A DNA stretch of 64,000 nt from positions 8,990,001-9,054,000 of the forward strand of contig CM074511.1 of NCBI GenBank assembly GCA_037379345.1, given 5' to 3'. The position numbers were made by a program, and so were the translations under genes. The notes below the pieces were generated by a model. The model ran no database searches, was not told where the DNA came from, and saw nothing but the letters and a program-made list of their open reading frames with translations. Below are positions 26,101-36,552 of this stretch, one piece after another (within the stretch, counting starts at the first letter, position 1; each line of letters opens with the position of its first letter). The stretch comes from Perna viridis. Its lineage: Eukaryota.

Positions 26101-27885
26101 TGTGTGGTACAGGTGTTTGTTGCAATGTTTCATAACAGAGAAAAATTGAATTGGATTTTGATTGCAGCTAAGGTTTGCATTATTGGGAGTCTTTGAATTA
26201 CCGTAGAGCTTTTTCTCTCAATTTTATAAAAGTAAAATTGATATTTGGTCTTAACTTGCAAAAGTGAAATGATAAAAATTTGAATTTATACTATTATTTT
26301 TATGGAAATAAAACAATGAAATTTCTGAATTCAACAGTACAGCTATAGTGTATAATTTAAAGTTTTGATCATTATAGATTCATTCTATTATCATCTGGAA
26401 TCATCTTGCCTTAAACAAATAATGGCAAAATAAGATTATCACCCATTCATATCATGACTGCCCTCCAGACAAAGTTCCAATCTGGATGGTTCAGAATTAA
26501 TTTCAATGTTAGTTCTACATAAAGACAGTATAATTACAATTTCAAGAGTGTTAAAACTGTCTTTCTTTTGTTGTTAGACAAATTTACAGGTGTGATTTAG
26601 TCCCACTGACCACCAAGTAAAATGTCCATAATTATAGGGTATAGTTTTAGAACAAAGACTCTTGTCCTCTGAATCTATAAGCAGATCATAAATTTAACTT
26701 GTGAAATAGCTTTTAGACTACAATAGCTATTTATGGAATCATGCAAGTTTATGCCCACGGGCATTGGACATTATCTGTATTGGGATCGTAAAACGAATAA
26801 GGGAATTATTCCATTCAATGTTGATGTTTCTTCATAGTAAAATCAATTTCATCCGAAAAGATCTCTTCACCTGAGGAAATTATGTTCAACTAGCTGCTGT
26901 CGAGTGATGCTTTCCATGATGAAAGCTCAATGTCGTAATGTTCACTGATGCAGAAGTCTTCAACTTATGGCTCAGTGATTGTCAACATACTACAACACGC
27001 GACACTCATTTAGGAATTATTGCAAGCACCTGCATGCTCACTCTCTGAGGTCTGTATGTCTATTGTTTAGGTTATGTCCTTATTGATTTGTTTAAACACT
27101 AAAATCATGTACAAAGACAGTGCCTGTTTGCGTTGAACATTGGGAGCCCTGTACGATACTTGTATTGTTATATAAATCGTAAGGTTTTATCGTTATATAC
27201 ATCGTTATAATGATGTTTAATTGATTCAGATTGAAAAGTATTGCTTCAATTATCAGAAATCTACTGATGTGAAAAGTGACAGATATTTTATGAAGTTTAA
27301 TGGGTTTGGGCTTTACAGAGATGGAAATATGTAAAATATTGGTTTTTCGGCTCATTTGGTGTTAATGAAAACTTTGGATTGATTCAGAAGACAACAATGA
27401 AATAAATTGTATTTTTATTTAAGCCATCAATTGATGGATCTTGAATCTTATGAGGATTTATTTGTATGATTGTGGAGTGATTGGTCTATAGGATTCTGTA
27501 ACAATTGTATTCAGATACATCAATTAGGACTATATACATGGAATATTCTACTCATCACACTTTTTAAGGTATTATTTAGATATTGTAGGACAAAGTGATC
27601 ATATGACTTAAGTAGTTTGTATTAAAAGTAGTAAGGTAGTTTTATCTGTGTATTATATTTCTGTATATAAAACACTTTCATCATTTGATACTGTTAAAGT
27701 TTACAGATCTGTGTTTCTAGTATTGCAGTATCTGAGCCATCAAATTGTTTTAATGTTTTATGTCAGTGTACAGTCTAAGGTTTGTTACACAAATAAAATG
27801 TGAGTATGCATGCATTAATATCTTGTTCTACCTAGAAATATATTTACCATGTTTTGAAATCATAGAACATGAAATTGTTGTCTAG

Positions 27886-28378
27886 TTCATATCACAACTC
27901 ATACATTATGCCAGACTTTGCTGAAACTATGCAGACTTTTTGTATCGCTCTAGAACTCCTAACAAATAGGCCTCTGGAACAGGGTTATGTTGCTACAAGA
28001 TTGAAGTTATCACTACAGAAGTTTTATAGTCATGATCATGAACTAATGGATCGTTATTGTGTATCCATCTGCGCCATGAAAACTGATCTATTCAATGGGT
28101 CATAGTTTTCCTTTCCTCGTTAGTCTACTTGACTTTTTATGAGCAACTTGGCGGGTGTTTCTAGAAAAGCAGAGGACACTTACCCTACCGGTACATCTGG
28201 TCCATGCTCCCAGTTTTTGGTGGAGTCAGAGTTGCTCATTTGCTTTTGTTGCTTTGCATGTATGATTTTAGTTACTTTATGTTTTTTGTTGTGTATGTCT
28301 GTTTTCCATGTCTGGTCTTTGACCCTGGATTACATTCTTTTGATTACAGCTATAACCTTGGTTCCCTTGATTACTCTT
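27886..28378 (+). mobile_element. 5'-truncated Penelope-like retroelement remnant: RT C-terminal region plus 3' non-coding tail (Naiad-like domain order)
   Basis: Manual translation gives FISQLIHYARLC*NYADFLYRSR/LLTNRPLEQGYVATRLKLSLQKFYSHDHELMDRY (one TGA, one frameshift). This resembles the recalled PLE RT C-terminal pattern SQLIRY.R.C..Y.DF..R...L...L..QG. The ORF stops at 28105 with no GIY-YIG downstream. Two more copies occur in the window. Confidence 0.8.
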
Positions 28379-28456
28379 ATTCAACAATGTAGGTCAGATG
28401 ATTCTGTTATACTTATTTTGAAGATCTATCTACCTGAAAATATCATTTTTTTTTTT

Positions 28457-29345
28457 TTAGTTCACCTGGCCAAAGGCCATGTGAGCTATTGCCATCACTT
28501 GGTATCCGTCGTCGTCGTTAACCATTTTTCAAAATTCTTCTCCTCTGACACCACATGACCAATTGGAACCAAACTTGGTATGAATGTTTCTTGGAGTATT
28601 GTGCATAGAATTGTTATGGGGATTATTGATCCGTCAAAAAACATGGCCGCCGTTACTAAAAATAGGACATAGGGGTCAGACAGTAGTTTTTTGCATATAT
28701 ATCTCCAAAACTGTTAGGTTTAGCCAAATTTTGACGAAGTAAAAGTGTTCAGCATGGTGAGGTCTATCTGTTGTCAAATTTTCACTTTGATATGTTGAGC
28801 CATGTCGGAGCTATTGCCCTTTTTCAATGTTTTTTTGCTATTTTAAACGTTATTTCTTTCAAAAATCTTCTCCTCTGACACCACCTGACCAATTGGAACC
28901 AAACTTGGTTTGAATGTTCCTTGGGGTATCGTGCATAGAACAGTAGTGGGGATTTTTGATCCATTGAAAAACATGGCTGCTGTTACTAAAAATAGAACAA
29001 TGGAGTCAGACAATAGTTTTTCACAAGTATCTCCAATATTGTTAGGTTTAGCAAAATTATTTCTATAGCTGAAATGACTCTTATTATAAGGCCTTCAAAA
29101 GTTGTCAGGGATCAAAGTTGTCAGGTGACTCCTGTAAGAGTTATTGCCCTTGAGGTTTTTTTTACAGTTTTCAGCCAATATCTTTAAAACTAAAAGAAAG
29201 AAAGTTTCTATCTCTGAAATGATCCTAATGATAGTCCTACCAAAGTCTTATTGAGTCAAAATTGTTGGATATCTCATTGTCAAATTTATTGCCCTTGAAA
29301 GACTAATTTTAATCAGGTGAGCGATTCAGGCTCTTGGGAGCCTTT
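28457..29345 (+). mobile_element. Apparently complete non-autonomous Helentron/HINE-type element
   Basis: Flanked by T-runs. 5' TAGTTCACCTG, hairpin TGGCC-AAA-GGCCA, GTGAGCTA and (CGT)4. Two internal cores 330 bp apart (28531, 28861). 3' subterminal inverted repeat CAGGTGAGC at 29314 and terminal hairpin AGGCTC-TTGG-GAGCCT at 29328-29343. Confidence 0.88.
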
Positions 29346-31839
29346 TATTTCACTTTTCTTAAGGGCTTCAATAATTTGAAAAAAAAATTTGAAAGAAAAA
29401 AATAGCAGGTTCCCCTTTGAAAAAGAAAGATATAAATTTAATGGAAAACTAACAGAATTTTATGTAGAATAAATCAACCATTCCAATCAATATTATATGA
29501 TATATTTTTTCCCGACATGAAGTAATATCTGAATAGTGGTAATTAGTTTATTTTGTCCTCATGATAATACTCTCACTTCTCTCTCTGATAAACTGAGTTC
29601 ATCCATGGATCATGTTTGGATCAAGTACTTCACTGACCCAGTATTGAGTTATAGCATCTGTTAAGTTATTAGTTATTATAATTCCTCTGATAAATGAAAC
29701 TGTTTGATCTCTGTAAAGGGATATACTTCTGGGAGCATGTTGTATTACTCCTGATGAGTTACCTTGTGACCTGCTGATTATCTCAGACTAACTTGACTTA
29801 TATGGAATCTTAAGGAGATATTAGTATGAACACTATTATAACTCCAACTAATTTTTGTCTTACTTTGCATTTTTTTCTTATCAAGTGTCCAAATATTACT
29901 TTTATTGTGATGTGATATTGGTGTTTATGGAGGATGTGACTAATCCATCTTCTGTTTCTCCTTTTGATGTCTATTTTGTCTACTAGTTGGAATTTCTTCT
30001 CCTTATATTTTTGAAAATATAATCTTTGAAATGAGGAAGTTCTACACAAGCATCAGTGCTGGCAGATTTTTGTTTACATCTAGCAGCATTGTTGTACAAT
30101 CTGTTGATCATTTGCAGCCGTGTGTTGATCTCACCATTCTTCACCATTCCAGAGCTGACTGTTTTTCTGTGATTTGCCCCTCCTTGACATTGTTTAGTTT
30201 AGTTCTTCATACTGTTTGTTGTATGGATTATGATAATGGTATCAGGTCTGTTCAAATAGATGTTGTCAGATATACACTGATGGAAAATGTACTGCTATGT
30301 CTAGAGGGAAGCACTTCAGCAAACAGTTGACAGAGAAGCACAGTATGATAACTTAGTGCAGTATTATACAAAAATCATATGACAAACAGTGGTTGTCAGA
30401 GTTATGTTGACTGAGTATCTACAGAAGCATCCTGTTGTAAGGACTGGAGCAAACAACCTCTCTTTGAACTCCATGATTATTCATTGTTATTGTATCTGTT
30501 TTACTGTCATTGAAATGATGAACTGAATATGATCAATTTTGAAGTAATGCTGTTCTTGTTTTAATTACAGGTGGGGAATAAGGATGTATGGGTTGGCTGT
30601 ACTACTGAAATTCTTTCTTAGAAATAGGTCATCAATTTATTAAGTTTTATAAACATATCAAATTGATTTCTTTCAAATTCTATGTTTCTGTCCACTTATC
30701 TTTTTTCTTTGTCTTTTACCATGAAATTGAGACTTGATCATTTTTTTTGCCTTTGTTCAAGATTAATTAGTGATGGCTTTCATACACTTCTTATCCTTCT
30801 TTGTCTTCCTTGAAGTCATTGTTTTCATATTTTAGAGAGAAAGTGGTTCATGGGTAGATTTTGTGCTTTAATCCTAGGGAAGGAATCCTATCTTTCAATT
30901 ATACATCCATTAGCAGATGCTTTACATATCTAAGCTAAGCACTTTCCCTGATTCATGCTTATTCTATTGTGAACTTTATTATTTTTACAAAACCCTTTTA
31001 TTTTGTTAATATCAATTTTCAGTAATGAAAACATTAGATGAATTATTGATTAAGGAATAAAGATCATTGTGTTTATAGACCAGGATCATGGAGAAGTTTG
31101 ATTGTGAACATAGCCAGAATTTGTATGAATATATAGTACTAACAGCTGGTTCTGAAAGAACCAGTCTCTGAATACATCCATGGGGATTAAATTCAAATAA
31201 GATGTTTTTCTTTATTTCAAATTGAGACAAATGTCAATGTCGATTCTTAAAAACCAACAACATTCATATTGATTTTGGGTTTTTCTTATTGAAAATGTTG
31301 GAACTTGATACTAAGTGTTTTGATGAAAAGCAGTGGTTCTAGATTTTATATTGAGTCAACTTTGGATAAGTAAAAATATGAATTATCAGTTAAACAAAGG
31401 TGCATGTTTGGTAAAGGGATTTCTTTAATAGAAAACTGAATTCAATTTTTTATAAAGATAAAAAATATTTTAAGGTATATGGTTGGAAATTTGATATGGT
31501 GGTTGTGAAATTATGATATAAATCTACAATTAAGTTGAATAATATTCATATTAATTTTAACATATTAAAAAGCACTTGATGTGTACATGGTAAGGACTAA
31601 AGCAGATTGAGTCAATTTCTAAGGTATCTTACATGATTTAATGTTCAATTGTTTCCAACAGAGCATGAAAATACATTGGAAGAATACACAGTATGTCATA
31701 ATGGTTTTTAGAAAAATTGCTAAAAATTACCTTAAATTTGTTATAGCTCATTTAAGTTTACAATAGCAAACAATGAAGAATATGATTTAACTTAATGAGC
31801 CATGCTTTTGATCAACATAGATTTTGGTTAAGATTATTA

Positions 31840-32175
31840 ACGATGTTGGTCATGAGTCACATGCAATTAATCGGGAAACAATGCTTCGTCATATTGCTTC
31901 ACTATTTGTCGCAGCAATGGAGTAGAGAAAATACACGATTAGTGTTCAAAATCAATTTACAATAAATAATCGTAACACCTTACCGAAGGTTAAATTCTGA
32001 TACAGATATTATCCATGGAATTTATTCAATTGCTTGACGAGATATTTAACGCGGAGGAGAACATTTTAAAGCATTAGGATTTAAATGCGACAAGAGTTTG
32101 TGACTCAATCATTGAATAGATCATTGTGACAGTCGTGTGCCAGAGGCCTGGTCTTAGAACCTGATTGGCTCTCTC
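31840..32175 (+). promoter_or_regulatory. Candidate promoter/enhancer: CpG-retaining patch with AP-1 and CCAAT motifs
   Basis: About a dozen CpGs in 300 bp, against only a handful in the next ~2.8 kb. TGAGTCA at 31853, TGACTCA at 32101, CTGATTGGCT (reverse CCAAT box) at 32161-32170. Lies just upstream of the candidate exon. Confidence 0.4.
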
Positions 32176-32355
32176 CACAAGTAGAATTGCTCTTGTACAA
32201 ATTAAACTTAGGGATAGCCTAAGGGAGTGAAATTTCTCAATGACAAAACATATTGAATTTTATATTGCAGGTCTTGGAGATGAATTTTGGGTGACAATTT
32301 ATATGATAAATATTGAGGACATTCCAATGGAGAAAGTGGATTAATTTTTTCAGAA

Positions 32356-32422
32356 ATGTGGAAATTGGTGTATTTAACGGATTTGTTCATTTGGTGGTGG
32401 CTTATTATTTCCACAGAATCAG
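32356..32422 (+). CDS. Candidate coding exon: hydrophobic signal-peptide-like MWKLVYLTDLFIWWWLIISTES followed by a phase-1 intron; gene unidentified
   Basis: Strong donor CAG|GTAAGC after 32422. Acceptors TTGCAG (32270) and TTTTTTCAG (32353). A 22-codon hydrophobic leader plus phase-1 intron is common in secreted and membrane proteins. An alternative frame and a 6-nt micro-exon reading are also possible. Confidence 0.4.
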
Positions 32423-33816
32423 GTAAGCATTTGTTTAAATCTAGATTATCATCACTACTGTGTATATGTGACAGTGCACTGTATATATGTTTCATTGAAG
32501 AATTCAATTTTCTTATTAAACTTTTACTGTTAAGTCTTTTATCAAATTATAAAAATTCAGTGGAAACTGTCACATTCTGTTTTAAGTTTTGAAGTATTAA
32601 AAACATTGCACAAAGGACAGCAATCTTTTTCATCAGGAGAATACTACTTGTGTGATAATTTTACATCAATTTGTGTCCTCATACAGATATTTTTTTTTAT
32701 GAAATTCATGCCTTGGGCAAAGATTTTACAAGGAGATTTGGTCATAATTTATAATGAGTAAGTTTTATGATCAGATTATTTTTCTTTGATGTCATACAAG
32801 GGATGTTAACCTCAGCTGTTTAAATCTTAGCCTTCAGAAGTTATGCTAACATGCTCAATATTTTCAATTTTTTCTCATTTTTCAGAAAACTATGTTTGGA
32901 AAACGTATCATGTGTTCATTTTATCTGTTTAAATTTTCACTACATCTAAGGAAAATTTGTCAAAATGACAATCAAGTTGATTTTTTATATGAAAAAATAA
33001 AGGATTACATTCATTTAACAATTAATGATAATGCAGTAAAACACATTTCTTGAAAGAGTACATAACAGTATACTTTTTAAAAGATAAGGTTTAATACTTT
33101 ATGTGTTATAATATTACTTCAGATAATGATTGTAATTGGTGCAATCTTTAATGTTAAACTAGTGAAGTGTAAGGGTCTGACATCCCCATATTAGAATTTG
33201 TTTTAGGGCAGACTAGTATGAGGACATCTGTTACCAGCTTGGTCAATAAAGTCACAGATCAGAATGATTTATTACAGGTCACAAAAAAGTTAATTTCTGG
33301 TTAAATCTTAGTCCTTTTCAATAAAAGATACAATATGTTAACTCAACAAAAAGCTAAATTACATTGTATCTGTTTCGTTTGATTTGGTATGTGATTAAGC
33401 ATGGGTTATTGGTTACACCATATTGCTATAATACCAGCCTTTATAACATGGCAGTTTTTATATTAGTGGATGCAGTATGACAATGTCTAATGTATCTGTT
33501 ACTTATAGATTTGATGCATATTTAATCCAGGATTTTAGCCGTGAAACCTAAATATAGTTTTGAAACATGGCTCCTGGTTTTGAATGAACTTGGTATCATT
33601 ACATGGACTGAATGGTTATTTCCCCTCACATTTGTTGATGTCTATCCAATTTACATGATAGCATTTCAACTTTAGCTTTTTGATAGATTTTTAACATGCT
33701 AGCTTTTGTATTGTTCAAAATATGATCTGATACATCTGTTTTGATGTTTGAGTTACCTATAGAACACCTGTACAGTAATTTGTTTCATCTTTCCTTTGAT
33801 CTTTAGATTGATCATG

Positions 33817-33948
33817 TAATGGTACTGTGTTAGAGTATTATGGGTAGGGAGATTTAGATTTGTTTCCACCATGGCAGAAATTTAACTACAGTAATGGTAC
33901 TGTATGTCAGAGTATTATGGGTAGGGAGATTTTTTCCATGGCAGAAAA
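33817..33948. repeat. Imperfect tandem duplication, about 74 bp x 2
   Basis: GTAATGGTACTGT..AGAGTATTATGGGTAGGGAGATTT..CCATGGCAGAAA occurs twice. Confidence 0.85.
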
Positions 33949-34312
33949 TAAAGTACTGTAAAACCTGTTGTAAGCAAACTTTGATTAAACTTAAAACACA
34001 CTTTTAACAGTCATTTGTCTGTATTTAGTCAAATTTTTATGTGGTTTAAATTTGTAATATCCAAGCATAATCTTCAGTCCAGAAAGGTCTTTATACACAC
34101 CAGTACAACTGTACTTCAATAGTAATACCATAGTGACTATAATCTCTGTATTGTTTTTTAGATGATCTGTACACTTTCAGTAAAAATTTTAGTCTTTATG
34201 CTAATTTTCCCTTGATTTCTTCTTAAGCTTGTGTTAATGTTGAAAACATGAAAGTAGAAATTTGAAATTATTAATACTGCAGATCAGTGAAATATTCTTC
34301 CTTTTTAGTTTT

Positions 34313-34774
34313 TATCTCACCTGGCCCAAAGGCCCATGTGAGGTTTTGTCTGCCTGTCATCAATGATTTTGTCATCATCAATTTTTCAAAGTTCTTCTTC
34401 TCTGAAACTACTATACCAATTAGGGGCAAACTTAGTATGAATATTCTGTAGTGTTCTGAATAGAACTGAAGTGTGGATTTTTGATGAGTCAAAAATATGG
34501 CAGCTGTTACTTAAATAGAACATAGGGATACAGACAGAAGTTTTTTCTCATATATCTCCAAAACCAGTAGGGTAAGCCAAATTCTGATGAGGTAAAAGTG
34601 TTCAGCATGATGAGATGGTGGTGAAATTTGTATGTAAATCTGTATAGCCATGTTCTAATTATTGCCCTTTTTTTACGTCTTTTTGCTATTTTAATGTGAT
34701 TTAATGTGATTACAAAAATAGAAAGTTGCTTATCAGGACAGGTGAGCAATTCAGGCTCTTTAGAGCGTCTAGTT
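34313..34774 (+). mobile_element. Shorter copy of the same Helentron/HINE family with a single internal core
   Basis: 5' TATCTCACCTGGCCCAAAGGCCCATGTGAG. Core matches 28520-28850. 3' CAGGTGAGCAATTCAGGCTCTTTAGAGCGTCTAGTT. Confidence 0.85.
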
Positions 34775-36399
34775 ATTGTATAATTGAAATGAGAACTGTT
34801 ATCATGAAAATAAAATTGAATTCAGAAAAAATGTGGAATATCAGATACAGCTACTATTGAAAGGTACAAAACTGTAGAACTGCTCATATTATATTTAAAT
34901 CCTAGTTAATTGTTAAAGGAAATATATTTGTCATTATACCTGAATGTATTGACTTTTTCTAGGGATTCTCAATCATAGCTGTCTGTACCATATCAAATTA
35001 TAATGATCAGGCAAATTTTTTTAATGATTATATGATATTTTCTTCTTTTTAATAATGTCACCAACCCTCTTTATTAAAAAAAAAATAATAAAAGTTGACT
35101 TTTTCTGTATTACAATCTACTTGGAATTTGAAAGACTGTTGTTATGAAGCCCTCAATACTTTAATCATTTATAGAGAGTAGAAATTTGCCTTGGAACACT
35201 TCATTACGCGACCTGATTATAAAAGATCTTTTTCCTCTCATTAGATATGACTGCCAGGCATTATTTGGCAATTTTTAACAGATCTCTAACATAATACTCT
35301 AATGATTCAACTTTTTTTCGACATCACTTCTAAATTTGATTAAAAAATCAACTATATTGGAATTCAATGGCTTTCAACAGCAAAGTTGATTGGAAGTGAA
35401 TGTGTTTCATCTATTTGACGCAGACTTGGTGATCCAATCAATCGTGACAATGTAGATAAACAATTGTTTTTCCCTGGCTCTGATACTGTGAGGGTCTTAA
35501 TGGTATTACCATGTTAAGAGTCACTGAATTCTTAGAGTTCACAACATTTTGTATGATTTGTTTATTTATTCTTCTTTTTTGTTCAGTTGTGTATTTTATT
35601 TTAATATAGGTTGTATTTTTAGATTTATATCAGTGCTTAGTTTTGTGCCCTTCGTTATTTTTTTTTTTTAACTATATTTTTAGTGCAATAAGAATTTGCC
35701 ATTCACAGTTCAACTAATTAAAATCTGAACAATGTTTTCGAATGGCTTCTTTTCGTCAGATTTACTTTTTTTGGTACAATGCTGGTGAAATTTTAACATT
35801 ATTGGAACTTATTTATAAGAATACTTCAAAGGGTTTTCATTAAATGAAATAATTTGTATTTCTTTTCTAAGGAGACTAAGTAAAAATCAAAATTCATTAA
35901 AAATCCTAGTAGAAAAGAGAGAACATCTTATTATGACAAATTGTTTATTCATCTGGTTTCATTTTGTTTTTTTATGTTAACGCAGTACTACTGTGTATTG
36001 TGTTATGAATTGTGGTTCTATGTTTTGTCTTTGTGACATTCTTTTATATGCATGAGGTATGACAGCTTGTTGGTACAATGTTTGAATCATGATGACAAGT
36101 CCATGTTAACATGATAAGTCATCATTTGTCCAATCTGAGTGGGTATAAAGTAGTCATACTGATCCATCATTGTGCTGCCAATCTTACCCATACTTCAATT
36201 TTATTTCAAAAGATTTTTAGTCCTGTACCATGTTTCAAGGAAAAACAAACTTTGTTTTATTCATACATGTATTCATTTTGACATACCAGATCATTTGAAG
36301 TTATAAATTTAAGAAATAAGTCTCATTTTTTTATTTAAAGTTTGGTGTTTGATAAAATGTGCAATTAAAAGATAACCATTAAGTTACTATTCTTTACTT

Positions 36400-36552
36400 C
36401 AAGTTGTTTTAACCCTGTACCAAGTTGTTTTAAGCCTGTACCAAGTTGTTTTAACCCTGTACCAAGTTGTTTTAACTCTGTACCAAGTTGTTTTAACCCT
36501 GTACCAAGTTATTTTAACCCTGTACCAAGTTTTTTTAACCCTGTACCAAGTT
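36400..36552. repeat. Minisatellite, about 7 x 21 bp (CAAGTTGTTTTAACCCTGTAC)
   Basis: Read directly. Confidence 0.96.

Noticed and set aside
28100-28380. Hammerhead ribozyme or canonical SECIS in the PLE tail
   Set aside because: I found no CTGANGA..GAAA core with proper stems and no ATGA-N11/12-AA..GA arrangement.
28139-28558. Longest ORF (139 aa) as a membrane protein
   Set aside because: It runs across the T-rich PLE tail, a spacer and the HINE 5' end. The hydrophobicity reflects T-richness.
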